This document shows positions 18,672 through 27,735 of a stretch of 49,715 nucleotides of DNA, piece after piece. The stretch's first letter is position 1. Each line of letters begins with the position of its first letter. Below the pieces are notes generated by a model. It searched no databases, was not told where the DNA came from, and saw only the letters and a program-made list of their open reading frames with translations. Source of the stretch: Myxococcota bacterium (GTDB taxonomy: Bacteria > Myxococcota > XYA12-FULL-58-9 > JALHOP01); contig JBGGMJ010000086.1 of assembly GCA_041288095.1 (NCBI GenBank), positions 1 to 49,715 of the forward strand, read 5' to 3'. A program made the position numbers and the translations under genes.

Positions 18672-19307
18672 CTACTCGTAGCGCCGCCGCACGCCATCGT
18701 AGAAGAACTCGACCGCACGCCGCGCGACCGCCTCGACATCGAGGTTGGCGCGCGGCTCGGCTACGTAGTGACCCTCGAGCACGAGGACGCTGGTGCCGTG
18801 CACGTTCGCCCAGGCCGCGAACGCGAGACGCATCGGGTCGCCGTGAATCACGTGGTTCGCCGCCTGCGCCGCTTTGACGGTGTCGACGAGCACATTGAAG
18901 GCGTCGCGCGAGGCTTGCTTGAGCTCGGGGTCGGCAAAGGAGCTCGGGATCAGACCGCCCAGCATCAAGCGCATCAGGTGCGGGTGATCGTGCATGAAGC
19001 GCACATAGGCTATGGCGCTGGCGCGAAACTGGTCGAGCGGATCCGTGAGATGCAGCTGGGTGGCGTCACGCATGACGGCGCCGAGTTGCTTGAAACCGTC
19101 GGCGGCGATGGCGATGAGCAGCGCTTCCTTCGAAGCGAAGTGATGCAACGGCGCGCCGTGGGAGACACCGATGACCCGCGCCACCTCGCGCAGGCTCAGC
19201 TTGGCGACCCCGTCACGCTCGAGAACGGTACGTCCCGCAGTGACCAGCGCATTGCGCAGGTCCCCGTGGTGGTAGCTGCTCACCTTCGCGGTCGATTTCC
19301 TCGGCAT
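18672..19307 (-). CDS. TetR/AcrR family regulator (WHG-type C-terminal domain)
   Basis: YHHGDLRNAL, LSLREVARVIGVSHGAPLHHF, AWANVHG. Confidence 0.9.
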   Translation of the reverse strand: MPRKSTAKVSSYHHGDLRNALVTAGRTVLERDGVAKLSLREVARVIGVSHGAPLHHFASKEALLIAIAADGFKQLGAVMRDATQLHLTDPLDQFRASAIAYVRFMHDHPHLMRLMLGGLIPSSFADPELKQASRDAFNVLVDTVKAAQAANHVIHGDPMRLAFAAWANVHGTSVLVLEGHYVAEPRANLDVEAVARRAVEFFYDGVRRRYE

Positions 19308-19358
19308 CTCGAGGGCCCCTCTACTCGAAAACGGCGCGAAAAGGCCAGCGGGGCTCAA

Positions 19359-20435
19359 TCAAGGTCTGATCGCGCCGATCACGCGCAGCGCATTGCCGCC
19401 CAAGATCTTGCGAATTCGCGTCTCCGACCACCCGCGCTCGAGCATCTCGGCGACCAAGCGCGGCTGATGCGTGATGTCGGGCAGGTCGCGCGGCAAGGTG
19501 ATGAGCCCGTCGTAGTCCGATCCGATGGATACGAAGTCGTCGCCAACCACTTTGCAGGCGTGCTCCATGTGATCGACGATCCGCGACAGCGAGCACGTCA
19601 TCACGACGTCCGCGAGAAAATGCGGATGAAAGACGATGCCGACGGTGCCGCCGCGGTTGGCGATGGCGCGGAGCTGCGCGTCGTCGATGTTCCGCCATAG
19701 TGGGCGGACGCCGCAGACACCCGTATGAGTGACGATCGGAGTTACGTCCTTCGGCATGACCGAGAGCGCGTCGAAGAAGCCGGCGCGGTTGATGTGCGAG
19801 AGGTCAACCAGGATGCGCTTGTCGACCAAGCAGCGCACGAAGTCGCGACCGAACTCGGTGAGGCCCACGTCGGCTCGCGATGGCTGGGTGTTGGGAACGC
19901 CGATACGGGACTCGGTCATGTGGACGATAGTGATGCGATGCACCGTGTCGGGCAGAGCCATGACCGCGTCGAGCGACACGTCGACCGCCTGCCCTCCCTG
20001 CAAGGACACGAATGACGCCGTGAGACCGAGCTGACGCACGGCGCGGTACTCACTGGCGCTGCGCACCACCGCGAAGTCGTCTGGATGCGCCGCGAGTGTG
20101 CGCTCGATGAAGGCGATGTGCTCGAGCGTCTCTCGGGCGCGCTCGGCGGGCGGACGTCGTGGATTGGTGACGATGTCCCAGACCATGCCGGCCATGTGCG
20201 CCTCACGGGCCCGCGGCAGGTCGACCTGGTTCAAGAAAGCCGAGGCCGGCAACCACGGTCGATGGCGCGTGGTCACATCGTAGCGCTTGAAGACGCGCGG
20301 CCACGTGAAGGTGTCGACGTGCAAGTCGATGACGTCGCAGTCGAGGTACAGGTCGACGGCGGCGCGCGGCACGTTGAGCAGCCGCGCCCAGCGAGCCGGA
20401 TCGCGCCGGTGATCGGTGAAGGTCAGGCGGTTCAT
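19359..20435 (-). CDS. Membrane dipeptidase family (M19) amidohydrolase
   Basis: IDLHVD, VDLPR, GLTEFG, VDLSH, VTHTG, RNIDD, IGSDYDG, ILGGN. Confidence 0.87.
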   Translation of the reverse strand: MNRLTFTDHRRDPARWARLLNVPRAAVDLYLDCDVIDLHVDTFTWPRVFKRYDVTTRHRPWLPASAFLNQVDLPRAREAHMAGMVWDIVTNPRRPPAERARETLEHIAFIERTLAAHPDDFAVVRSASEYRAVRQLGLTASFVSLQGGQAVDVSLDAVMALPDTVHRITIVHMTESRIGVPNTQPSRADVGLTEFGRDFVRCLVDKRILVDLSHINRAGFFDALSVMPKDVTPIVTHTGVCGVRPLWRNIDDAQLRAIANRGGTVGIVFHPHFLADVVMTCSLSRIVDHMEHACKVVGDDFVSIGSDYDGLITLPRDLPDITHQPRLVAEMLERGWSETRIRKILGGNALRVIGAIRP

Positions 20436-21976
20436 TTACGGGGAATGAAGGTCATGGCGCGCTCCGCCAGCGCGGTGATGGTGAGAGAGGGATTCACGCC
20501 GGGGTTCGCCGAGATCGCCGATCCATCGATGACGAACAAGCCCTCGTAACCAAACACACGGTGACGCGCGTCGATGACGCCGTCGGCGGCGCTCTCTCCC
20601 ATGCAACAGCCGCCGAGGATGTGAGCCGTCGTGGGAATGTCGAAGAGCGTTTCGTTGGCGAGACTCGTCGCCGTGCCGTCCAACTTGTCCGCGATGCGCT
20701 CCGCTAGAGCAGACGCCTCCGGGATCGATGCACGCGGCCGCGCGCCTTCTTGGACGCTCGTGGTTAGGCCGAAGCGCCCGAGCTTCAGGCGCAAGTGGCC
20801 CTCGAGGCTGCGCATGTACAGGAGAATCATCGTGAACTTGGCCCAGTCGGGAACGAGCAAGGCGCGCAGGAACTTCAACGGCCGGCGCAGGAGCGAGCGC
20901 GCGACTCCGAGCAACCTCGTGGCGATGGTATTTCCCGCGACATGCGGAGCCATGAGCAGACGGAAGAAACCCGAGCCCGCCGGATAGCGCACGGGCTCGA
21001 GATGGGAGTGAGCGTCGGTGGCGAGGATCGAGCCGATAGCGATGCCGCGCGAGAGATCGACGTCTCGCCGGCTGCTGGTGACCCCGATGAGCGCTTCCGA
21101 GTTGGTGCGAACGAAGTCGCCGAGTCGCTCCGATAGAGCGGGTAAACCGTCTGGGCTCGCCTTCAAGCGCAGCAGAAGGTCGACGGTGCCGAGGACGCCG
21201 CCCGCGAAGATTACATTGTAACCTAGGACGCGCCGCACGCTGTCGTCCTCGAGCGAGCGAACCTCGACTTCGTAGCCGGCCTCGACGGGCCGCACCCAAA
21301 CCGCTTCGCTGTCCGCTTCGACAGTCACGCCGAGCCGCTCGGCCAAATAGAGATAGTTCTTGTCGAGCGTGTTCTTGGCGCCGAAACGGCAACCCAGCAT
21401 GCAGGCGCCGCAGCCGACACAGCCGCTGCGCGCCGGTCCCGCGCCGCCGAAAAACGGGTCGGGGACCTCACGTCCAGGCTCCCCGAAGAACACGCCCACC
21501 GTCGACGGCGACCAGCTCTCCGGTTGTCCATTTTCGCGGGCGAGCTCGCGCAGAATTTCGTCGGGCCGCGTGACGTGCGGATTCGCCACCGCGCCCAACA
21601 TGCGCCGCGCTTCGCGATAGTGCGGTGCGAGCTCGTCTTTCCACGCAGCGAGCGAGCTCCACTGCGGCGCCGCGAAGAATGCGTCCTCCGGAATCGGCAG
21701 GGTGTTGGCGTAGACCAGCGAGCCACCGCCGACTCCGACGCCGCTGACCACGGTGACATGGCGAAGGAACGTCATCTTGAAGAGGCCGCGAAAGCCGAGC
21801 GCCGGCAGCCACAGCCAGCGCTTGAGCTGCCAGTTGCTGCGGGGAAAGTCGCCCGGGGCGAAACGCCTGCCCTTCTCGAGGACGAGCACGCGGTAGCCCT
21901 TCTCGGCGAGGCGCATGGCGCTGACGCAGCCGCCGAAGCCAGAGCCAATGATGACGTAGTCCCAGCGCGTGCTCAC
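20432..21976 (-). CDS. GMC oxidoreductase, cholesterol oxidase (ChoD)-like
   Basis: IIGSGFGG, GVGGGSLVYAN, CVGCGACMLGC..GAKNTLDKNYL, TAHILGG, NPGVNPSLTITALAER. Confidence 0.9.
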   Translation of the reverse strand: MSTRWDYVIIGSGFGGCVSAMRLAEKGYRVLVLEKGRRFAPGDFPRSNWQLKRWLWLPALGFRGLFKMTFLRHVTVVSGVGVGGGSLVYANTLPIPEDAFFAAPQWSSLAAWKDELAPHYREARRMLGAVANPHVTRPDEILRELARENGQPESWSPSTVGVFFGEPGREVPDPFFGGAGPARSGCVGCGACMLGCRFGAKNTLDKNYLYLAERLGVTVEADSEAVWVRPVEAGYEVEVRSLEDDSVRRVLGYNVIFAGGVLGTVDLLLRLKASPDGLPALSERLGDFVRTNSEALIGVTSSRRDVDLSRGIAIGSILATDAHSHLEPVRYPAGSGFFRLLMAPHVAGNTIATRLLGVARSLLRRPLKFLRALLVPDWAKFTMILLYMRSLEGHLRLKLGRFGLTTSVQEGARPRASIPEASALAERIADKLDGTATSLANETLFDIPTTAHILGGCCMGESAADGVIDARHRVFGYEGLFVIDGSAISANPGVNPSLTITALAERAMTFIPRK

Positions 21977-21986
21977 GCGTCCTGAT

Positions 21987-22580
21987 CTACAACAGGCTCC
22001 ACAGAATGATCATGGCTATCGTCGCGGCCGCGAAACCGAAGGCGAAGGTGGCCACGGGGTTCACGTGGAAGAGCTGCTTCACCGGGCCGTAGTTGGCCGA
22101 AGGCCGCTGCGGCTCGGGCGCCGACTTCCACTCCTCGGCGCGCTTCAGCAATGCCTGGGCCTCGTCGCGCGATGCCGCGACGGTCTTGAGGTTCCAATCT
22201 TGGTTCGCGACGTTCTCGTCGACACGGGGGTTGGTGGTCTCACTCGACTTGCGCGCCAAGCTGGTTTCGCGCTGGCGAATGGCGCTTTCCCGCTGATCGA
22301 GCTCGCGACTCCGCTCGCGTATGCGCTCGGCTTCGATGGCCAACGTCTCGGCCTTTTCCTCGAGGTCGGCGCGCTCCTTGTCGACGTTCTCACGGTTGCG
22401 CGCCTGGATCGCGCGCTCCTGGTCGAGCAGATGCCGCTCTTCGTCGAGCTGCGCTTTGAGCTCGGCAAGGCGCTCCTTGCTGACCAGGGAGACCCCCGAC
22501 TCCGAAACACTGGCTAGCCGGTCCTCGCGCTCGGCGGCTTCGAAATCGGTTGGCATGCGTACGGGAGAATTTTTGTCCAA
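21987..22580 (-). CDS. Hypothetical coiled-coil protein with C-terminal membrane anchor
   Basis: E/R-rich heptad region, then terminal hydrophobic helix VATFAFGFAAATIAMIILWSLL; start uncertain. Confidence 0.7.
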   Translation of the reverse strand: MDKNSPVRMPTDFEAAEREDRLASVSESGVSLVSKERLAELKAQLDEERHLLDQERAIQARNRENVDKERADLEEKAETLAIEAERIRERSRELDQRESAIRQRETSLARKSSETTNPRVDENVANQDWNLKTVAASRDEAQALLKRAEEWKSAPEPQRPSANYGPVKQLFHVNPVATFAFGFAAATIAMIILWSLL

Positions 22581-22617
22581 TTGCAGCGCTGCGTCTACTG
22601 GAAACGATGACGCGATG

Positions 22618-23385
22618 TCAGGGTTTGCCCTTGGCGGCGCGGGCTAGCTGCTTGCGGTAGGCGAGTCCGAGGTCCCGCGTCGCCACGTCGACGATGTGGC
22701 GAGCGGCGTCCGTGGCCGAGTCAGTCACGTAAAAACGCTCGAGATCGAGGGGATCGATGGTCCGTTCCGCGACGAACGTACCTTTGATGTAGGCCAGCAG
22801 CGGCTCCCAATAAGAGCGGCCCATGAGGACGATGGGAAAGTTCCGCACCTTGCCGGTCTGCACCAAAACCGCGATCTCGAAGAGCTCGTCGAGGGTCCCG
22901 AAGCCTCCAGGCAAGCAGACGAAGGCATAGCTGTACTTCACCAGCATCACCTTGCGGACGAAGAAGTAGCGGAAGGTGATGAAGCGATCGACGTACGGGT
23001 TCTCCTGCTGCTCGCGCGGCAGCTTGATGTTGCAGCCCCACGACGCTCCTCCCGCCTCCTTCGCGCCACGATTGGCGGCCTCCATGATGCCTGGGCCGCC
23101 GCCGGTCATGGTGGTGAAGCCGGCGTGGGCGAGCTCGCGACCCATCTCCTGGGCCATGGCGTAATAGCGATGGCCCTCCTGAAACCGCGCCGAGCCGAAC
23201 ACGGTGACGGCGGGGCCGAGCTTCCATAAGGTGTGAAAACCCTTGGCGAACTCGGCCATGATGCGTAGCAAGCGAACGCCGTCGTCGTGGGGGCGCTTGG
23301 GCCCTTCGAGGAACTTGCGCTCTTCCTGGTCGGGCGGGGTCTTGCCCCAATTTTTGGGATCGTCGGTCCGGGCCGCGGATGTCAT
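22618..23385 (-). CDS. LOG family nucleoside monophosphate phosphoribohydrolase (TIGR00730-type)
   Basis: VTVFGSAR, TGGGPGIMEAANRGA, YFFVRKVMLVKYS, PGGFGTLDE. Confidence 0.92.
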   Translation of the reverse strand: MTSAARTDDPKNWGKTPPDQEERKFLEGPKRPHDDGVRLLRIMAEFAKGFHTLWKLGPAVTVFGSARFQEGHRYYAMAQEMGRELAHAGFTTMTGGGPGIMEAANRGAKEAGGASWGCNIKLPREQQENPYVDRFITFRYFFVRKVMLVKYSYAFVCLPGGFGTLDELFEIAVLVQTGKVRNFPIVLMGRSYWEPLLAYIKGTFVAERTIDPLDLERFYVTDSATDAARHIVDVATRDLGLAYRKQLARAAKGKP

Positions 23386-23436
23386 TGGCCGCGAATATCA
23401 GGATGGGGACGCGGGTTTAAGGTAGACGGAGACGCA

Positions 23437-25734
23437 GTGAAATTTGCCTTCTCGACGCTCGTCGTGGCCCTCGTCGCAGCACCCACCGCCTCCCGAGCGG
23501 TCGTCACGCGGCCGTCGCTCGACGTCCCCAAAGGCGCGCATCAAGCCGGCGCCGAAGACAAGGGCGAGCCGCGCGTTCACGCGTATTTGATGACCGACGT
23601 CGCCGCGGTGACGCCCGGCGAGAGCTTCCGTGTCGGCGTCCTGTTCCTCATCGACGAGCACTACCACATCTACTGGAAGAACCCGGGTCAGGCGGCGCTC
23701 GCGACAGATGTCCGCTTCAGCGGCGATGGCCTGAGCTTCGACGCCTTGCAGTGGCCCGCCCCGGCGATCTTCAAGCAGGCGGATGGTTTCATCACCACCT
23801 ACGGGTACGCCAACGAGGTGCTGTTGTTCACCCAGGCGACGGTGGCCGAGGGCGCGCACGGTGAGCTGACCGTCCAGGTCAAAGCCGATTACCTCGCGTG
23901 CAAGGTCGACTGCACGCCCGGCGAGGCGTCGCTATCGCGGGCGATTCCTCTGCGCGGCGAATCAACTCCGGCGGCGCACGCCGTCGTGCAGCTCTTCGAC
24001 CGTCACGCGGCGCGGGTACCCAAGACCGCCGATGCGCTCGGCGTGCGCGTCGAGGTCGCCTACGACGTCTCCGCGGTGAAGCCCAACACGCGCTTCGCGG
24101 CCGCTCTCGGCATCGTCTCGTGCGCCGGCCCTTCCGCGCAGGCGGATCGCTGCCCGATCTATCAAGTCCCCGGCAACGCCATTGACGACATCTTCGCCCC
24201 GGAGCGCACACCCGGCATCGAGTGGAAGGCCGTCGCGGCTCGCGAGCATCCGAGCGCCTACAGCGGGCTCGTCGTCGACATTGTCGGCAAAAGCGGACCA
24301 GACGAACCCGAGGGAAACTCTGTCTTCGCAGGCGTGCTCGAGCTCGAGCGCGAAGATGGCACTCCCGCCCTGGTGCAGTTTTCGGTGCCGCTCGCGCGCG
24401 CGTCCAGTCAGGCCGTGGTTGCGGCACAAGCCCACCCTCTCCTGCCGGCGGCCGCGCTGGCGCTGTCGAGCTCGACCGGGCCACCGCCGCCCGCGATCGA
24501 GGTCCCCGTCTGGCAAATGTTGTTGCTCGCGTTCCTCGGCGGCCTGGTCTTGAACCTCATGCCCTGCGTCTTGCCTGTGCTCGCCATCAAGGTAACGGGC
24601 TACACGCAGCTCGCCGGCACCTCGAGCAAACATGGGCGGGCCGTCGTCTTCGGGCATAGCCTCGCCTACACCGGCGGCATTCTCGCCGCCATGGCGGCGC
24701 TCGCCTGCGCCGTCGTGCTGCTCCGCGCCGGCGGACACGCGGTCGGCTGGGGCTTCCAGTTCCAGGAACCACTCTTCGTGACTGTAGTGGCCGGCGTACT
24801 CACGGTGTTCGCGCTCAGCCTGTTCGGCGTCTTCGACATCGGCGCGGGTGGCGTCAACGTCCTCGGCGAAGCGGTGCACAAGACGCATGGGCCGTTGAAG
24901 AGCGCGCTCGAGGGTGTGCTCGCGGTCGCCGTCGCGACACCTTGCTCGGCGCCGTTCCTCGGCACCGCCGTCGGCTTCGCCCTCGCCCGCGAGGCTTGGC
25001 TCATCGTGGTCACCTTCCTCGCCATCGGCGCCGGGCTCGCGGCCCCGTTCGTGGTGTTGACCTCGATTCCGGGTGCCCTCTCCTTCATGCCCAAGCCCGG
25101 TCTCTGGATGGTGCGTTTGAAGCAAGTGATGGGGTTTGCCCTGCTCGCCACCGTCCTCTGGCTCGCGTGGGTCGTCGGTAAGGTCGCCGGCGTCGACGGT
25201 ATGGCGGCGGTCATGGGTTTTGCTCTCGCGGCCGCCCTCGCGACCTGGCTCGTCGCCGGCGTCCAAGGCAACCGGCGCTGGCCGGCACGCGTCGCCGCGC
25301 TCGCGGTCCTCACCGCCGGCTTGGTCGTGAGCTTGCGCACCGGCGAAGCAAGTCAGCCCGAGGCGATGGCGCCGAGCGAGCTCGGCTGGCAGCCCTTTGC
25401 CCCCGAGACGGTCACCAGCGAGCTGGCCCGCGGTAAGGTCGTCTTCGTCGATTTCACCGCTGACTGGTGCATCACCTGCAAAGTGAACGAGCGTGCCGTG
25501 CTGTCGAGCGACCGCGTCGCGGCCCTGACCAAGAAGCTCGAGGTCGTCATGCTCAAGGCCGATTGGACGCGCCGTGACGAGCGCATCCGCAGCGAGCTCG
25601 CCCGTTACGGGAAGGCCGGGGTGCCCATGTATCTGGTCTACAGCCCCAGCAAACCCGATGAGCCGGCCGTCCTGCCGGAGCTCCTGACGACTGACCTCGT
25701 TGTCACCGCTCTGCAGCAGGCCCACGGCGGCTGA
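23437..25734 (+). CDS. dsbD: Protein-disulfide reductase DsbD family (N-terminal Ig-like, transmembrane, thioredoxin domains)
   Basis: GTG start with GGAG; HIYWKNPG, LACKVDC; LNLMPCVLPVL and ATPCSAPF; VDFTADWCITCK. Confidence 0.87.
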   Translation: MKFAFSTLVVALVAAPTASRAVVTRPSLDVPKGAHQAGAEDKGEPRVHAYLMTDVAAVTPGESFRVGVLFLIDEHYHIYWKNPGQAALATDVRFSGDGLSFDALQWPAPAIFKQADGFITTYGYANEVLLFTQATVAEGAHGELTVQVKADYLACKVDCTPGEASLSRAIPLRGESTPAAHAVVQLFDRHAARVPKTADALGVRVEVAYDVSAVKPNTRFAAALGIVSCAGPSAQADRCPIYQVPGNAIDDIFAPERTPGIEWKAVAAREHPSAYSGLVVDIVGKSGPDEPEGNSVFAGVLELEREDGTPALVQFSVPLARASSQAVVAAQAHPLLPAAALALSSSTGPPPPAIEVPVWQMLLLAFLGGLVLNLMPCVLPVLAIKVTGYTQLAGTSSKHGRAVVFGHSLAYTGGILAAMAALACAVVLLRAGGHAVGWGFQFQEPLFVTVVAGVLTVFALSLFGVFDIGAGGVNVLGEAVHKTHGPLKSALEGVLAVAVATPCSAPFLGTAVGFALAREAWLIVVTFLAIGAGLAAPFVVLTSIPGALSFMPKPGLWMVRLKQVMGFALLATVLWLAWVVGKVAGVDGMAAVMGFALAAALATWLVAGVQGNRRWPARVAALAVLTAGLVVSLRTGEASQPEAMAPSELGWQPFAPETVTSELARGKVVFVDFTADWCITCKVNERAVLSSDRVAALTKKLEVVMLKADWTRRDERIRSELARYGKAGVPMYLVYSPSKPDEPAVLPELLTTDLVVTALQQAHGG

Positions 25735-25807
25735 CTCACGCACCGCGCGGAAGGGCGAGGCGATAACATTTTTCGGCGACTTCCCGAAGTCTGCTGGAAG
25801 GGTTCGT

Positions 25808-26887
25808 ATGTTCTCGCCAAGCCTGCCCGCCGTCTTTCATAGCGGCCCGGGGCTCGCAACTTCCGCGACGCATAGCGTCAGCAGCGCGCCGCGGGTCGCG
25901 GGGCTGCCCTTCTCCACGCCCGAGCAGATGATCGCCTCGATGCGCGCCGGTCTGCCGCGCTTCGACATCGATGCCATGACGCGGGCCGGCACGGCCCTAC
26001 GCGCCGGCAGCGGCCCCACGAGCGCCAGCGCCATCGGGTTCTTCCTGCCGCACGCCAAGGTGACGCCACCGCAGCTCATCGCCGCCCTGCGTCGCATCGA
26101 CGTCGGTGGCGTGGTCCGCGCCGGCATCACGCCGACCGCCATCTTCGACTTCGACAACACCATCATCGGCGGCGACGTGTTCCGGGACTTCGTCGCCTTG
26201 CTGCTCACGCGCGCGGTCTTGCCGCAAGCGAACGCCGAGCGGGTCGCGAAGCTCCTCGTCGACGTCAGCGCCGGTAAGGTGTCTGCGTGCGCGCTCGAAG
26301 GCCAGAGCACCAACGACATCGTGGCGCGTGCCCTGCGCATGACCGAGACCGATTCGTTGTCGCTTGCGCACGTGTTCTTCGTGGTCATCGGCTCGCTCGC
26401 CGGTGTCAACGAAAGCAAGCTGACCGCTGTAGCGGACGAGCTTTTCAACAAAGGCATGCCGGGGAAGCCGCGCTATCGAACCAGGTTCTTCGGCCGACCG
26501 GGCGCCGACGTCGCCACCATGATGCGCACCTTGGCTCAGAAGGGCGTCCACTCGCACATCATCACGCTCGGCTTGCCCACCGTCGCCCGCGAGGGCGCCA
26601 AGATTCTGGGCATCCCGCCGCATCGCGTCCACGGTTTCGAGCTCGAGGTGGTGAACGGCGTTTGCACGGGCCGAGCCATCGATGCGCGTCTCGTGGGCAA
26701 ACATCGCGTCGCCGACCTCTTGGTATCGCCGCGACCACTCTTCGTTTCGGGCGACTCGGTCGGCAGCGACACCCCGATGCTGGCGCGCGCCACGGTCAAA
26801 GCCTTCGCGGTCGACCCAGACAAGGAGTTCCTCGCTCACATCGAGAAGAACAACTCCGACGTGACCGTTTTAACGTACAAGGGCTGA
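25808..26887 (+). CDS. HAD-superfamily (IB-like) phosphatase with N-terminal extension
   Basis: Motif I AIFDFDNT, motif II IITLG, motif III GK, motif IV GDSVGSD. Confidence 0.8.
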   Translation: MFSPSLPAVFHSGPGLATSATHSVSSAPRVAGLPFSTPEQMIASMRAGLPRFDIDAMTRAGTALRAGSGPTSASAIGFFLPHAKVTPPQLIAALRRIDVGGVVRAGITPTAIFDFDNTIIGGDVFRDFVALLLTRAVLPQANAERVAKLLVDVSAGKVSACALEGQSTNDIVARALRMTETDSLSLAHVFFVVIGSLAGVNESKLTAVADELFNKGMPGKPRYRTRFFGRPGADVATMMRTLAQKGVHSHIITLGLPTVAREGAKILGIPPHRVHGFELEVVNGVCTGRAIDARLVGKHRVADLLVSPRPLFVSGDSVGSDTPMLARATVKAFAVDPDKEFLAHIEKNNSDVTVLTYKG

Positions 26888-26891
26888 TGCG

Positions 26892-27692
26892 TTAGGTGCA
26901 GGGCTCCTGGAAGATCTCGCGATCTTCCAGCCGGTACGCCGTGAGCGACCCACCCCAGACGCAGCCGCTGTCCAGCCCGACGACGCTGGGCGTTACGTGC
27001 AGACCCAGCCCGGCCCAGTGGCCGAAGATGATCACCGCGTCGCGCGATCGCCGCGCCGGGTGATCGAACCAGGGCACGCACGACGAGGGAATGTCCGAGG
27101 GCGCGCCGCTGAAGTCGAGCTGCAGAGCGCCGTCGCGCGTCAGGATGCGCATGCGGGTAAAGACGCTGAAGAGAAACTGGAGGCGCTTCTTGGGGCCGAG
27201 CTCGGCGTCCCAGCGCTTTGGTCCGTCGTCGAAGACGTCGCGCAAGAGGTCGCGGCGCTTCCCGGTCTTCAAGGCGGTCGACGCTTCCAAGGCGAGCTTC
27301 TCGGCGTCGGCAACCGTCCACTCGGGGACCAAGCCGGCGTGAACCATGACGTGTTGGTCCTCGCGCACGAGAAACGGCTGCTGCGCCAGCCAGTCGACCA
27401 TCTCGCCGCAGTCCTTGGCGTCGAGGATATCGTCGAGGGTGTCGCGCTTCTTGCCCGTCGTCGCTCCGTAATAGCGGGCAATTAGATGGACGTCGTGGTT
27501 CCCGAGCACGACGCTCAAGCGGTCGCCTTGGTCCATTGCCCAGCGCAGGACGTCGAGCGAGTCGGGTCCACGGTTGACCAAGTCACCGGTGAGCCACAGT
27601 CTGTCGACCTTGGGGTCGTACTTCACGCGGCGCAGGAGGCGCTTCAAGGGCTGGTAACACCCCTGAACATCGCCGATTGCATACGTCGCCAT
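26892..27692 (-). CDS. apaH: Symmetrical bis(5'-nucleosyl)-tetraphosphatase ApaH
   Basis: MATYAIGDVQGC, GDLVNRGPDSL, VLGNHD, VHAG, FTRMR, FGHWA, LDSGCVWGG. Confidence 0.95.
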   Translation of the reverse strand: MATYAIGDVQGCYQPLKRLLRRVKYDPKVDRLWLTGDLVNRGPDSLDVLRWAMDQGDRLSVVLGNHDVHLIARYYGATTGKKRDTLDDILDAKDCGEMVDWLAQQPFLVREDQHVMVHAGLVPEWTVADAEKLALEASTALKTGKRRDLLRDVFDDGPKRWDAELGPKKRLQFLFSVFTRMRILTRDGALQLDFSGAPSDIPSSCVPWFDHPARRSRDAVIIFGHWAGLGLHVTPSVVGLDSGCVWGGSLTAYRLEDREIFQEPCT

Positions 27693-27735
27693 GGCCGCAT
27701 TAAGAACATTCATCGGCATCGCAACAAGGGGTTTC

